This document shows positions 10,637-21,482 of a stretch of DNA of 64,000 nucleotides, piece after piece (the stretch's first letter is position 1; each line of letters starts with the position of its first letter). Source of the stretch: Bacteroidales bacterium (GTDB taxonomy: Bacteria > Bacteroidota > Bacteroidia > Bacteroidales > JAADJA01). The notes below the pieces were generated by a model that saw only the letters and a list, made by a program, of their open reading frames with translations, searched no databases and had not been told where the DNA came from. The stretch is taken from NCBI GenBank assembly GCA_016933115.1, contig JAFGBL010000172.1:76-64075 (forward strand), given 5' to 3'. Both the position numbers and the translations under genes were made by a program.

Positions 10637-11386
10637 ATGTTGAAAATAAAAAACTTGCATGTCTCCATTGAAGGGAAAGAAATTTTGAGGGGACTGAACC
10701 TGGAAGTTAATCCCGGGGAAGTGCATGCGGTAATGGGACCCAACGGAACCGGAAAAAGCACCCTGGCTCTGGTGATTACCGGGCGCGAAGGATACGAAAT
10801 AACCGAAGGTGAAATCACATATAAAGGAAAAGACCTGTTTGAACTATCCACAGAAGAAAGGGCACTTGAGGGCATTTTTCTCGGATTTCAATATCCGGTG
10901 GAAATTCCGGGAGTCAGCATGACCAACTTCATGCGTACGGCTCTGAACGAACACAGAAAATACAGAGGTCTGGATCCAATATCGGCAGCCGATTTCCTGG
11001 CAAGGATGGAAGAAAAGAGAAAACTGGTAGACATCCATGACAAGCTCACAAACAGGTCGGTAAACGAAGGGTTTTCGGGTGGTGAGAAGAAAAGGAATGA
11101 AATTTTCCAAATGGCTATTCTTGAACCATCGCTGGCTATTTTGGACGAAACCGATTCGGGCCTCGACATTGATGCTTTGAAGGTTGTGGCAAACGGAGTA
11201 AACAAATTACGTTCGAAAGATAATTCTACCATTATAATTACCCACTATCAGAGATTGCTTGAGCACATCATTCCTGATTTTGTGCATGTATTGTTCGACG
11301 GAAGGATAGTAAAATCTGGCGGTAAGGAACTGGCTCTTGAATTGGAACAGAAAGGATATGAGTGGCTTAAAGCAGAGGCAGTTTAA
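10637..11386 (+). CDS. sufC: Fe-S cluster assembly ATPase SufC
   Basis: GPNGTGKST, FQYPVEIPGV, GFSGGEKKR and LDETDSGLD motifs. Confidence 0.97.
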   Translation: MLKIKNLHVSIEGKEILRGLNLEVNPGEVHAVMGPNGTGKSTLALVITGREGYEITEGEITYKGKDLFELSTEERALEGIFLGFQYPVEIPGVSMTNFMRTALNEHRKYRGLDPISAADFLARMEEKRKLVDIHDKLTNRSVNEGFSGGEKKRNEIFQMAILEPSLAILDETDSGLDIDALKVVANGVNKLRSKDNSTIIITHYQRLLEHIIPDFVHVLFDGRIVKSGGKELALELEQKGYEWLKAEAV

Positions 11387-11407
11387 ATTTATAGGATTAA
11401 TTGTTTT

Positions 11408-12805
11408 ATGGAAACTGAATTGAAAGAAAAAATAACCGGACTTTTCGAAAAGAACAGGGAACGCATATTTTCAAACGATCCTCCTGAGATATCACATTTG
11501 CGGGAAGAATCATTCAACCGGTTCCTGGAACTGGATTTCCCTTCAACGCGACTGGAAGGGTGGAAAAATACTGATCTGAAGAAAGTGCTTGGGCGTGATT
11601 ATAATTTTTATTTCGAACCTTTGGATGAAAAAATCGATTTTGATAAAATTTTCCAGTGTGAGGTTCCCGACTTTGATACGCACATTATTTCATTATACAA
11701 CGGATGGTATATTTACCGCGACAAACCACTGGTGAAACTGCCAAATGGAACGATTATAGGGAGTTTTGCAAAGGCATTGAAAGAATATCCTGAAATCGTC
11801 CTTAAACATTTTAACAAATATGCCAAAAACCGGGTAAATGGTCTCAATGCACTGAACACCGCTTACGCGCAGGATGGAGTTTTTATTTATGTGCCTGATG
11901 GAGTTGAAGCCTATAAAACCATTCAGATGGTGAATGTGCTGAACCGGGAGGATGATCTTTTCGTTCAAAACAGAAACCTGGTGGTTTTAGGAAAAAACAG
12001 TAAGCTGACCCTTGTGCATTGCGATGATTCTCATAATTTCAAATCCAGCTTTACAAATTCGGTTACTGAAATTTATTTGGATGAGGGTTCATACCTTAAT
12101 CATTATAAACTCCAGAACCTGAATAACAATACCTCACTCATCAACTCAACTTTTTTCCAACAGGAAAAGGACAGTAATCTATCGACTTTTGCAATCTCCC
12201 TCAATGGCGGATTAATCCGGAACGACCTGAATATTACGTTGAATGGTTCTGGCAGTAATGCTGATGTTTTCGGTTTGTACCTGGTGGATAAGGAACAACA
12301 TGTCGATAACCAGGTATATATCGATCATGCCAAACCAAATTGTACTTCCAACGAATTGTTTAAAGGAATACTGGATGATCAGGGAAGCGCGGTTTTTAAC
12401 GGCCATATCCTGGTTAGGAAAGATGCTCAGAAAACCAATGCTTACCAAACGAACAGAAATATTCTGTTAACGGATAAAGCTACAGTGAATTCCAAACCAT
12501 TTCTGGAAATTTATGCTGATGATGTAAGATGTAGCCATGGTGCAACGGTAGGCCAGTTGGATGACAATGCCATGTTTTACATCAAATCGAGGGGTATCAG
12601 CGAATACAATGCAAAACTGCTGTTAATGTACGCTTTTGCAGCCGAAGTGATCAACCGGATTTCAATTGCACCCTTAAAGGACCGGATCGATGACCTCGTA
12701 AAGAAAAGGCTTCGGGGCGAACTGGCTGTTTGCGATCAATGTGTATTGCATTGCAAAAATCAGGAAAAGAAGTATGAGTTCAACATTGATATGAGTAAAA
12801 TATAA
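11408..12805 (+). CDS. sufD: Fe-S cluster assembly protein SufD
   Basis: KPFLEIYADDVRCSHGATVG motif; position in the suf operon. Confidence 0.95.
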   Translation: METELKEKITGLFEKNRERIFSNDPPEISHLREESFNRFLELDFPSTRLEGWKNTDLKKVLGRDYNFYFEPLDEKIDFDKIFQCEVPDFDTHIISLYNGWYIYRDKPLVKLPNGTIIGSFAKALKEYPEIVLKHFNKYAKNRVNGLNALNTAYAQDGVFIYVPDGVEAYKTIQMVNVLNREDDLFVQNRNLVVLGKNSKLTLVHCDDSHNFKSSFTNSVTEIYLDEGSYLNHYKLQNLNNNTSLINSTFFQQEKDSNLSTFAISLNGGLIRNDLNITLNGSGSNADVFGLYLVDKEQHVDNQVYIDHAKPNCTSNELFKGILDDQGSAVFNGHILVRKDAQKTNAYQTNRNILLTDKATVNSKPFLEIYADDVRCSHGATVGQLDDNAMFYIKSRGISEYNAKLLLMYAFAAEVINRISIAPLKDRIDDLVKKRLRGELAVCDQCVLHCKNQEKKYEFNIDMSKI

Positions 12806-12816
12806 AAAAACTTGAT

Positions 12817-14037
12817 TTGAACTTCGATGTAGAGAAAATCAGAAAAGATTTTCCGGCTTTGAACCAGGAAGTTTACGGAAAGCCGCTGGTTTATTTCGAT
12901 AACGCTGCAACATCGCAAAAACCAAGGGTTGTCATCGATACCCTGGTCAGTTATTATTCAGGCATCAACAGCAATGTTCACCGGGGTGTTCATTACCTGA
13001 GCCAGCAGGCGACCGAGGCATTTGAGCAAACTCGCGACCTAATCAGAGATTACATCCATGCAAAAAGTAACTCCGAAATCATCATCACCAAAGGGGCTAC
13101 CGATTCAATTAACCTGGTGGCCAACTCTTTCGGGAGGCATTTTTTTAAACCTGGAGATGAAGTTATTATTTCAGCAACCGAACATCACGCCAATATCGTT
13201 CCGTGGCAAGTGATCTGCAAGGATACAGGCTCAAAACTGAAAGTGATCCCCACCGATGAAAACGGAAATTTGAATTTGGATTCATTCAAAGGATTGATCT
13301 CACACAAAACGAAGATCATTTCAGTCGGTCATATTTCCAATGCACTGGGTGTCGTGAATCCTATCAGGGAAATTATTAGAATCGCACATCAAAATAACAT
13401 TCCGGTAATGATCGATGGTGCACAGGGCATTGTTCACAGGGAAGTGGATGTTCAGGAACTGGATTGCGATTTTTACTGTTTTTCGAGCCATAAGTTTTAT
13501 GGCCCCATGGGAGTCGGCATTTTGTACGGCAGGGAAAAATTCCTTGAGCAAATGCCTCCCTATCAAACCGGCGGTGAAATGATCAAAAGCGTAACATTTG
13601 AAAATACCACATTCAATGAACTGCCTTTTAAATTTGAAACAGGAACTCCCAATGTAGCCGGGGTGATCGGTTTTGGAGCTGCCCTGGAGTACATCAAAAA
13701 AATCGGGATGCCTGATATCATCAGCTATGAAGATGATCTGCTGAAGTATGCACTAAAGAAGCTCAACAATTTGGATTACTTGCAGATTTATGGTAATTCA
13801 CAGGAGCGTGCCGGAGTTATTTCCTTTAACCTGAAAGATATACACCCTTACGATGCAGGAACAATTATCGACAAATTCGGTATCGCGGTCAGAACCGGCA
13901 ACCATTGTGCTCAACCTGTTATGGACTTCCTTGGGACAACGGGTACTATCAGGGCTTCAATGGCGTTTTATAATACAAGGGAAGAGGTCGACCGCCTGTT
14001 GGTTGCCATCGAAAAGGTAAAGGAAATGTTCGGTTAA
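12817..14037 (+). CDS. sufS: Cysteine desulfurase SufS
   Basis: DNAATSQKP, EHHANIVPW, FSSHK and RTGNHCA motifs; TTG start. Confidence 0.95.
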   Translation: MNFDVEKIRKDFPALNQEVYGKPLVYFDNAATSQKPRVVIDTLVSYYSGINSNVHRGVHYLSQQATEAFEQTRDLIRDYIHAKSNSEIIITKGATDSINLVANSFGRHFFKPGDEVIISATEHHANIVPWQVICKDTGSKLKVIPTDENGNLNLDSFKGLISHKTKIISVGHISNALGVVNPIREIIRIAHQNNIPVMIDGAQGIVHREVDVQELDCDFYCFSSHKFYGPMGVGILYGREKFLEQMPPYQTGGEMIKSVTFENTTFNELPFKFETGTPNVAGVIGFGAALEYIKKIGMPDIISYEDDLLKYALKKLNNLDYLQIYGNSQERAGVISFNLKDIHPYDAGTIIDKFGIAVRTGNHCAQPVMDFLGTTGTIRASMAFYNTREEVDRLLVAIEKVKEMFG

Positions 14038-14061
14038 TGGTTAACTTTGTAAAAAAAAATT

Positions 14062-14493
14062 GTGACTATCACTGAAAAAGAACATCAAGTTATAGAGGAA
14101 TTCAGCCTGTTCGACGACTGGATGGATAAATACAACTACCTGATCGAAATGGGCAAAACGACACCAATAATCGATGAGAAGTTCAAAACTGAGCAGTATC
14201 TTATTTCCGGATGTCAGTCAAGGGTTTGGTTATCGGCGGAAATGGCAGACGGGAAAGTTATTTTTAAAGCCGATAGTGACGCCGTGATCACCAAAGGAAT
14301 AGTTAATCTGCTGATCCGGGTGCTTTCGAATCAAACACCAGAGGATATTCTGGCAACCGATATGGAATTCGTTGACAAAATCGGGTTAAAGGAACACCTG
14401 TCCCCTACCCGCTCCAACGGGCTGACTTCCATGATCAAACAAATGAAACTATATGCACTGGTTTATAAAACTAAAAAGGAACAACAAAACTAA
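14062..14493 (+). CDS. sufE: SufE sulfur acceptor
   Basis: GCQSRVW and LSPTRSNGL motifs. Confidence 0.95.
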   Translation: MTITEKEHQVIEEFSLFDDWMDKYNYLIEMGKTTPIIDEKFKTEQYLISGCQSRVWLSAEMADGKVIFKADSDAVITKGIVNLLIRVLSNQTPEDILATDMEFVDKIGLKEHLSPTRSNGLTSMIKQMKLYALVYKTKKEQQN

Positions 14494-14504
14494 ACGCTTA
14501 AACC

Positions 14505-14828
14505 ATGGCGACTGAAATAACAAAAAATATACTGGGTGATGCCATAGTCGAAGCATTGAAAGATGTTTACGATCCTGAAATACCTGTCAATATTTGGGAA
14601 CTGGGTATGATTTATGAAATAAAAGTGGACGACGAACTGAATGCACATATATTGATGACACTGACCACGCCCAACTGCCCGGTTGCCGAATCACTTCCCG
14701 AAGATGTCAAATATAAAGTCGAAGGTATTGATGGAATTAAAAATGTGAAAGTTGAAATTACCTTTGAACCGCCCTGGGATCAAAGTATGATGTCGGAAGC
14801 AGCTATGCTTGAGTTGGGTTTTCTATAG
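14505..14828 (+). CDS. sufT: DUF59 / SufT-like Fe-S assembly protein
   Basis: DPEIPVNIWELG, MTLTTPNCP and EPPW motifs. Confidence 0.88.
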   Translation: MATEITKNILGDAIVEALKDVYDPEIPVNIWELGMIYEIKVDDELNAHILMTLTTPNCPVAESLPEDVKYKVEGIDGIKNVKVEITFEPPWDQSMMSEAAMLELGFL

Positions 14829-14920
14829 CATTACAAAGCGGGATTTTCCAAAATAATATTAGTTTTGTTTGAAAGTTGCAGGTCGGATTTAATTTCAAAT
14901 TTTAGAGGATAAGAAACGAT

Positions 14921-16819
14921 ATGACCCCGGTAAAAGGTGAGTTATTGGCTAAAATTAATTTACCGGAAGACCTTAGAATGCTTCCGGAAGATGATTTGCC
15001 GCAATTGTGCGATGAGGTCAGGGAATTTATCATAGATGTTATATCGGCCAACCCTGGCCATTTGGCAGCCAGCCTGGGAGCAGTGGAACTGGCAGTCGCC
15101 ATCCATTACGTTTTCGACACTCCCAACGACAAACTTATCTGGGATGTGGGGCACCAGGCATATGCGCACAAAATACTCACCGGTCGGAAAGATGTTTTTT
15201 ATACCAACCGAAAACTTGGTGGGATCAGTGGGTTTCCAAAAATAAAGGAAAGCAAATACGATGCCTTCGGGACGGGCCATTCATCCACTTCCATTTCGGC
15301 GGCTCTTGGGATGGCCGTGGCCAGCTCGCTTCAGGATAAAAACGGCCAACAACACATAGCCGTGATCGGTGACGGTGCCATGACCGGTGGTATGGCCATG
15401 GAAGCCCTGAACAATGCAGGAGTTTCCAAAGCCAATTTGTTGGTGATTTTAAATGACAACCGGATTGCCATCGACACCAATGTGGGGGCCATGAAGGAAT
15501 ACCTCGTCGGGATAACCACTTCACGCTCCTACAACAGATTTAAAGATTTGGTATGGAAAATCATGGGTGGAAATACACAGTACGGAGCCAACTCCAGGGC
15601 AATCGTCAAACAACTTGGGAACGCCGTGAAGTCATCCATCCTAAAGAAAAGCAACCTGTTCGAAGCCTTTAATTTCAGGTATTTCGGGCCAACAGACGGT
15701 CATGATGTCGTTCGAATGGTTAAGCTGTTAAGAGATTTACAAAGGATACCGGGTCCCAAGTTGCTGCATGTCCTGACAAAAAAGGGGAAAGGCTTATCGA
15801 ATGCTGAAAACGAGCCGACGGCATACCATTCACCCGGGCTTTTCGACCGAAAAACCGGTGAAATCAAAAAAAGCGAATGCCCGGAAAAATTACCGCCAAA
15901 ATACCAGCACGTTTTTGGTAAAACAATGATCGAACTGGCGGAACAAAATGCACGGATTGTCGGCATAACGCCAGCCATGCCTACCGGTTCATCCATGAAT
16001 ATGATGATGCAGGTGATGCCTCACCGGGCTTTCGATGTAGGAATTGCTGAGCAACATGCAGTGACTTTCGCTGCCGGACTTGCAACCCAGGGGATGATCC
16101 CGTTTTGCAATATTTACTCAACCTTCATGCAGCGTGCATATGACCAGTTGATCCACGATGTGGCACTTCAAAACTTGCATGTAGTTTTTTGTCTCGACCG
16201 TGGCGGACTGGTCGGTGAGGACGGAGCAACACATCATGGTGCCTTTGACCTGGCCTACCTGAGAAGCATTCCGAACATTACCATTGCGTCACCTTTGAAC
16301 GAGATTGAATTGCGCAATATGATGTACACAGCCCAGTTGGAAGGTATGGGCACTTTTTCGATCCGTTATCCGCGGGGAAGGGGAGTAATTCCTGAATGGA
16401 GACAACCCTTTGAAAAAATGGAAATCGGAAAGGGCATCTGTATCCGGGAAGGAAAGGATATTGCAATCATAGCTATCGGGCATATCGGAAATGTCGCCCT
16501 GACAGCTGCAAAAGACCTGGAAAAGGAAGGAATATCAACGGGTGTTTACAACATGCGTTTTTTAAAACCCATCGATACGCAATTGCTTCATGATATTTTA
16601 AAGAAATTCAAAAAGATCATAACAATTGAGGACGGGACGGTAGTTGGCGGACTTGGAAGCGCAGTTCTTGAGTTTCAAAACGATCATGGATACAATGCGA
16701 AAATTACAAGGCTCGGCATTCCCGATAAATTCATTGAACAGGGCTCACCTGAAGAACTTTTCCGTCTCTGCGGATTTGATGCAGAAGGAATAAAATCCGA
16801 AGTGAAAAAATTGACCTAA
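14921..16819 (+). CDS. dxs: 1-deoxy-D-xylulose-5-phosphate synthase
   Basis: WDVGHQAY, GHSSTSIS, GDGAMTGG, GIAEQHA and DGATHHG motifs. Confidence 0.97.
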   Translation: MTPVKGELLAKINLPEDLRMLPEDDLPQLCDEVREFIIDVISANPGHLAASLGAVELAVAIHYVFDTPNDKLIWDVGHQAYAHKILTGRKDVFYTNRKLGGISGFPKIKESKYDAFGTGHSSTSISAALGMAVASSLQDKNGQQHIAVIGDGAMTGGMAMEALNNAGVSKANLLVILNDNRIAIDTNVGAMKEYLVGITTSRSYNRFKDLVWKIMGGNTQYGANSRAIVKQLGNAVKSSILKKSNLFEAFNFRYFGPTDGHDVVRMVKLLRDLQRIPGPKLLHVLTKKGKGLSNAENEPTAYHSPGLFDRKTGEIKKSECPEKLPPKYQHVFGKTMIELAEQNARIVGITPAMPTGSSMNMMMQVMPHRAFDVGIAEQHAVTFAAGLATQGMIPFCNIYSTFMQRAYDQLIHDVALQNLHVVFCLDRGGLVGEDGATHHGAFDLAYLRSIPNITIASPLNEIELRNMMYTAQLEGMGTFSIRYPRGRGVIPEWRQPFEKMEIGKGICIREGKDIAIIAIGHIGNVALTAAKDLEKEGISTGVYNMRFLKPIDTQLLHDILKKFKKIITIEDGTVVGGLGSAVLEFQNDHGYNAKITRLGIPDKFIEQGSPEELFRLCGFDAEGIKSEVKKLT

Positions 16820-16919
16820 CAGGTCGCCTCTGACCTGTTAAATTGAATTTTTACTGGCCACCCTCTTTTCGACCTAACAGGTCTCCACGCTGCAGGCCGG
16901 TTTCGACTTGTTAGGTCAA
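16811..16919. repeat. REP-like palindromic repeats (GACCTAACAGGTC...GACYTGTTA) between convergent genes
   Basis: Copies at 16813-16840 and 16871-16917. The outer ends TTGACCTAACA / TGTTAGGTCAA form an inverted repeat. Confidence 0.75.
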
Positions 16920-18122
16920 GGTTTCTTCAACCGATTCTACAACCACATTAATAACTATTTGTACCTGTTCATCTGTTAAATCGTAATAAACCGGCAGGCT
17001 GATCACCCTGGAATAATTGTCGTATGAACCCGGAAACTGCGCCATGTTGTATCCGGCATTTTTATAGTAGGTCATCATGGGCAGCGGAATGAAGTGGACA
17101 TTTACCGTAACCCCTTTTTCATATATCTTCTGTATCATGGCATCCCGGCGCCTCTCCGAAACATCCCTGATCCTTAATAGAAATACATGGTATGAAGATT
17201 TTTTATCGGAAGTTTCATATACCGGGAGCTCTGCCCAGCTATATTCGGCAAATGCACCGGAATAGGCATCGAAAATATGTTTCCGCCTGACCAGCATATC
17301 GCTGTCGTATCTCGCCAACTCAACCAAACCCATGGCTGCGGCAATATCTGTCATATTGAACTTATATCCGGGTTCTGTGATATCATATTTCCACCCGCCG
17401 ATCTGAACCTTTGAAAAAGCATCCTTCGACTGCCCATGGAGTGATTTTATCCGAAGATAGCTGTAGATAGCCGAATTATCAAACGGTTCCGGCAGGTTAA
17501 GGCAGACTGCGCCACCTTCAGCAGTTGTAAGGTTCTTAACAGCATGAAAAGAGTAAACCGTAATGTCTGTCAGGTTCCCGGTTCGTTTTCCCTTGTAAAT
17601 TCCACCGAGGGAATGCGCTGCATCGGACAGGATCAGAATCCTCCCCAATCGTTGCTGCTCTTCAGTTCGGGCACGGAATTTAGCTTTGACATCAAGTCGT
17701 TGAACCAATCGGTTCAAATCGTCATAATCACAGGGAAATCCGGCCAGGTCAACCGGCATGATCACTTTGGTTTTGTCGGTTATGGCTTTTTCAACGGCTT
17801 TTACATCTATGTTAAAATCCTTCCCGACATCTACAAAAACCACTTTCGCACCACAATGGACAACCACGTTTGCAGTTGCCGAATAGGTGTAAGCGGGAAC
17901 GATGACTTCATCACCTTCCTGAACCCCGAACCAACGCAGCATTAGTTCCAGACCTGACGATGCCGAGCTCACACACAAAGTAGCTTTTTGTCCACCAAAT
18001 TCGGTCAAATTCTCTTCAAATCGTTTGACTTTCGGGCCGGTTGTGATCCAGCCCGATTTCAGTGTGTCGATCACCTCATCGATGATCTTCTGGTCCATGC
18101 GGGGTGGGGAAAATGGAATCAT
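16911..18122 (-). CDS. DegT/DnrJ/EryC1/StrS family sugar aminotransferase
   Basis: SGWITTGP, DAAHSLG, SFHAVKNLTTAEGG and GYKFNM motifs. Confidence 0.93.
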   Translation of the reverse strand: MIPFSPPRMDQKIIDEVIDTLKSGWITTGPKVKRFEENLTEFGGQKATLCVSSASSGLELMLRWFGVQEGDEVIVPAYTYSATANVVVHCGAKVVFVDVGKDFNIDVKAVEKAITDKTKVIMPVDLAGFPCDYDDLNRLVQRLDVKAKFRARTEEQQRLGRILILSDAAHSLGGIYKGKRTGNLTDITVYSFHAVKNLTTAEGGAVCLNLPEPFDNSAIYSYLRIKSLHGQSKDAFSKVQIGGWKYDITEPGYKFNMTDIAAAMGLVELARYDSDMLVRRKHIFDAYSGAFAEYSWAELPVYETSDKKSSYHVFLLRIRDVSERRRDAMIQKIYEKGVTVNVHFIPLPMMTYYKNAGYNMAQFPGSYDNYSRVISLPVYYDLTDEQVQIVINVVVESVEETLT

Positions 18123-18127
18123 AAAGC

Positions 18128-18155
18128 AGTTTGATGTTTGAAGTTTGAAGTTTGA
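18128..18155. repeat. Short heptamer tandem array (AGTTTGA)x4
   Basis: AGTTTGA TGTTTGA AGTTTGA AGTTTGA fills most of the purC-degT gap. Confidence 0.7.
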
Positions 18156-18160
18156 AGTTA

Positions 18161-19111
18161 TTACAGGTTAGCATCCAGGAATGCCATGATATTTTTTTCG
18201 ATCCGGCTGTGAATGTCTGAAGTATCGGATTTTACAAATTTCTCTCCGGTAATTCCTTCGTACAATTCGATATAACGTTCCGAAACACTCTTTACAAAAT
18301 CGTCCGTCATGAAAGGCATTTTTTGCCCGGTTAATCCCTGGAAACCCTGTGTCATCAGCCATTCCCTGACAAACTCCTTGGAAAGCTGTTTTTGTTGCTC
18401 CCCTTTGGCAAAACGCTCCTCATAGCCGCTTTTGTAAAAATAACGTGAAGAATCAGGTGTATGAATTTCATCGATCAGGTAAATCTTACCATCCTTTTTC
18501 CCGAATTCATATTTTGTATCAACCAGGATTAATCCCTTCTCATCGGCTATTTCAGAGCCACGCTGAAACAACTCTTTGGTATATTTTTCAAGTAAATTAT
18601 AATCCTCCTGCGATACCAAACCCTGTTGAATGATCTCCTCCCTTGAAATATCCTCATCGTGACCTTCCTTGGCTTTGGTGGTCGGTGTTACGATGGGTTC
18701 AGGAAATTGCTGGTGTTCCTTCATCCCATCCGGGATAGGGACACCGCAAATCTCGCGTGCACCTTTTTTATAGGTTCTCCATGAACTCCCGGTCAAATAT
18801 CCGCGGATGATCATTTCAACAGGAAAAGGCTCACAGAAATGGCCGATTGTGACCATGGGATCGGGAGTGGCAATTTTCCAGTTGGGACAAATATCGTTTG
18901 TCATATCCAAAAATTTGGCTGCAATTTGATTCAACATCTGGCCCTTGTAAGGTATCCCTTTTGGTAAAACGACATCGAAAGCTGAAATCCGGTCCGTTGC
19001 GATCATCACCAGGAAACGGTTATCGATATTATAAACATCCCTCACTTTTCCCTTATAAACACTCTTTTGACGTGGAAAATTAAAATCGGTTTTTGTGATT
19101 GCATTACTCAT
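18161..19111 (-). CDS. purC: SAICAR synthetase
   Basis: GKVRDVY, DRISAFD, DTKYEFG and [10 protein letters not shown] motifs. Confidence 0.97.
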   Translation of the reverse strand: MSNAITKTDFNFPRQKSVYKGKVRDVYNIDNRFLVMIATDRISAFDVVLPKGIPYKGQMLNQIAAKFLDMTNDICPNWKIATPDPMVTIGHFCEPFPVEMIIRGYLTGSSWRTYKKGAREICGVPIPDGMKEHQQFPEPIVTPTTKAKEGHDEDISREEIIQQGLVSQEDYNLLEKYTKELFQRGSEIADEKGLILVDTKYEFGKKDGKIYLIDEIHTPDSSRYFYKSGYEERFAKGEQQKQLSKEFVREWLMTQGFQGLTGQKMPFMTDDFVKSVSERYIELYEGITGEKFVKSDTSDIHSRIEKNIMAFLDANL

Positions 19112-20069
19112 TTGTCTTCTTTGTATTTTGTTTGTTATAAGCTTGAATTATTTTCGTCACCAGTTTATGCCTGACTACATCCCTGTCATCGAGGTATATG
19201 AAATCGATACCATCAATCTCCTTTAAAATCCTTTCGGCCTGAAACAGTCCCGAAGCCTGGTTCCGAGGAAGATCGATCTGAGTGATGTCGCCTGTTACAA
19301 TAAACCTCGACGACCTCCCCATCCTGGTGGTAAACATCTTCAACTGCATTTCGGTTGCATTCTGCGCTTCATCGAGTATGGCAAATGCATGGTCCAGTGT
19401 CCTTCCGCGCATGAATGCCAATGGTGCGATCTCGATTGTCCCGTCTTCCAGGTATTTCAGCAATTTTTGCATCGGGATCATATCACGCAAAGCATCATAC
19501 AATGGCTGAAGGTAAGGATCCAGTTTATCCCGCAGATCGCCGGGCAAAAAACCCAGGTTCTCACCGGCTTCCACAGCAGGCCGCGTTAAAATGATCCTTT
19601 TCACTTCCTTTCTTTTCAACGCCCTCACTGCCAGTGCCACAGCGGTGTATGTTTTACCGGTTCCAGCAGGGCCGATGGCAAACACGAGGTCGTTTTTCTC
19701 AGAACTCTCGACCATTCGCTTTTGATTTGGAGTAAGGGGTTTAACCAACAAACCGCCCCTGCCGTGAACCAGTATTCCATTTGCAGTATAATCTGGTTCG
19801 GAGCGGGAATAACCTTCATCTTCACTAAAAATCTGATCAATCTCCAGTTCATCTATCTTCCCGAACTTCTCATAGTTTAATAACAACAAATTCATTTTTT
19901 GTTCAAAATCGTCCAATTCTTCATCATTACCGATGGCTTTAATAACCTCACCACGGCTGATGATCTTTAATTTTGGGAAGTAAGATTTAATGAGGTTGAT
20001 ATTTTTATCATTAACTCCTAGTATTTCAAGCGGGCTGTAGGATGCAAGGTTGATGCTGCGTTCGTTCAT
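19104..20069 (-). CDS. phoH: PhoH-family ATPase
   Basis: [27 protein letters not shown] and GDITQIDL motifs. ATG 20069 preferred over the upstream TTG. Confidence 0.93.
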   Translation of the reverse strand: MNERSINLASYSPLEILGVNDKNINLIKSYFPKLKIISRGEVIKAIGNDEELDDFEQKMNLLLLNYEKFGKIDELEIDQIFSEDEGYSRSEPDYTANGILVHGRGGLLVKPLTPNQKRMVESSEKNDLVFAIGPAGTGKTYTAVALAVRALKRKEVKRIILTRPAVEAGENLGFLPGDLRDKLDPYLQPLYDALRDMIPMQKLLKYLEDGTIEIAPLAFMRGRTLDHAFAILDEAQNATEMQLKMFTTRMGRSSRFIVTGDITQIDLPRNQASGLFQAERILKEIDGIDFIYLDDRDVVRHKLVTKIIQAYNKQNTKKTNE

Positions 20070-20214
20070 AGTTTGGGGTTCAACGGTTTTAAACCTGATC
20101 AGCAAATAAAAACAAGCGGTTTAAAAATTTATTCATTGTGGTTTAATTACTACTTTTGACAGGCACAAAATTAATGAATTTCATCACTGAACAGGAAGCG
20201 GACCTTATAAATTT

Positions 20215-20988
20215 ATGCCTATTATAACTCTTACCAGCGACTGGGGTTTGAAAGATCATTATCTGGCTGCCGTAAAAGGCTCGATTTTGAAAAGATTGCC
20301 AGGTTGTACCATCGTCGACATTACACATAGTATTCCTCCCTTTAATATTGAGCAGGCTGCTTTTGTTGTTAAAAATGCCTATCCCTACTTTCCTGATGGA
20401 ACCATTCATATCCTCGGCATCAATACGGAAGAATCGGATAAGCTCCCACATACGGTAATTGAAATCAACAACCAGTTTTTTATCGGAACCGATAATGGTA
20501 TTTTTTCCTTGATTTTCGACAAACAACCCGATCGTATCCTGGAACTGAACATTCCGCAGGATTCTGATTTTTTCACTTTTTCGACACGCGACCGGTTCGT
20601 GAAAGCAGCCATTCACATCGCACAGAACAAACCCCTGAAAGAGTTGGGTGAACCGAAATCCAAACTGAATGAGAAAATGTTGTTCAAGCCGGTTACGGAT
20701 CAAAATAATATCAAAGGGCATGTGTTGTATATCGATGGTTACCAGAATATTATCACCAACATTGAAGAAAGCCTGTTTAAAGAAATCGGCCGTGGCCGTA
20801 AGTTCAGTATTCTTTTCCGCACTTACAGCATCACCAAAATCAGTAAATCTTACACCGATGTAGCCCCAGGTGAAATTGTTGCCTTGTTCGATTCGAACCG
20901 GTATCTCGAAATAGCCATGAACCAGGGAAATGCAGCAGGTTTGCTCGGAATGGACTATAAGGACATGGTCCGCATTGAGTTTATCTGA
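20215..20988 (+). CDS. SAM hydroxide adenosyltransferase / DUF62 family protein
   Basis: IITLTSDWG, DITHSIPPF, GTDNG, YIDGYQNIITN and LEIAMNQGNA motifs. Confidence 0.85.
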   Translation: MPIITLTSDWGLKDHYLAAVKGSILKRLPGCTIVDITHSIPPFNIEQAAFVVKNAYPYFPDGTIHILGINTEESDKLPHTVIEINNQFFIGTDNGIFSLIFDKQPDRILELNIPQDSDFFTFSTRDRFVKAAIHIAQNKPLKELGEPKSKLNEKMLFKPVTDQNNIKGHVLYIDGYQNIITNIEESLFKEIGRGRKFSILFRTYSITKISKSYTDVAPGEIVALFDSNRYLEIAMNQGNAAGLLGMDYKDMVRIEFI

Positions 20989-21043
20989 TAAACAAAAATC
21001 AATTGTTACTGTTAAATATTTCCAACCATTTAATCAATTGATT

Positions 21044-21460
21044 ATGGCAGAATTAAAAACCAAACAAAATGATGGAGATGTTTTTTCATTCCTTAATGGG
21101 ATTGAAGATGACCAAAAGCGGGAAGACAGCTTATCGGTTCTTAAACTGATGAAAAAAATCACCGGTGAAGAGCCCAAAATGTGGGGATCAAGCATCGTGG
21201 GATTCGGTGATTATCATTACAAATACGCGAGCGGAAGAGAAGGCGACTGGTTTTTTACCGGTTTTTCACCCCGTAAACAAGCACTTACCCTTTATATTAT
21301 GGATTATGTTGGAAAGCATCAAAATATACTGGAAAACCTGGGCAAGTTTAAACATGGAAAAGGTTGTTTGTATGTGAAAAAACTGGACGATATCAATTTA
21401 AAAGTGCTGGAGGAATTGATACGTGAATCGGTTAAAAAGTTGAAATCATTAAATCAATAG
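21044..21460 (+). CDS. DUF1801 (YdhG-like) protein
   Basis: KMWGSSIVGFG, GFSPRKQ and GKGCLYVKKL motifs. ATG 21044 avoids overlap with the upstream gene. Confidence 0.85.
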   Translation: MAELKTKQNDGDVFSFLNGIEDDQKREDSLSVLKLMKKITGEEPKMWGSSIVGFGDYHYKYASGREGDWFFTGFSPRKQALTLYIMDYVGKHQNILENLGKFKHGKGCLYVKKLDDINLKVLEELIRESVKKLKSLNQ

Positions 21461-21482
21461 AGGTGAAATATGTTACAAGGGT

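Noticed and set aside
20215-20988. Possible SAM-dependent halogenase (fluorinase/chlorinase)
   Set aside because: It sits in a housekeeping context next to phoH with no biosynthetic cluster. It is best read as a generic DUF62-family member, and its FHGRD-type motif is degenerate (FSTRD).
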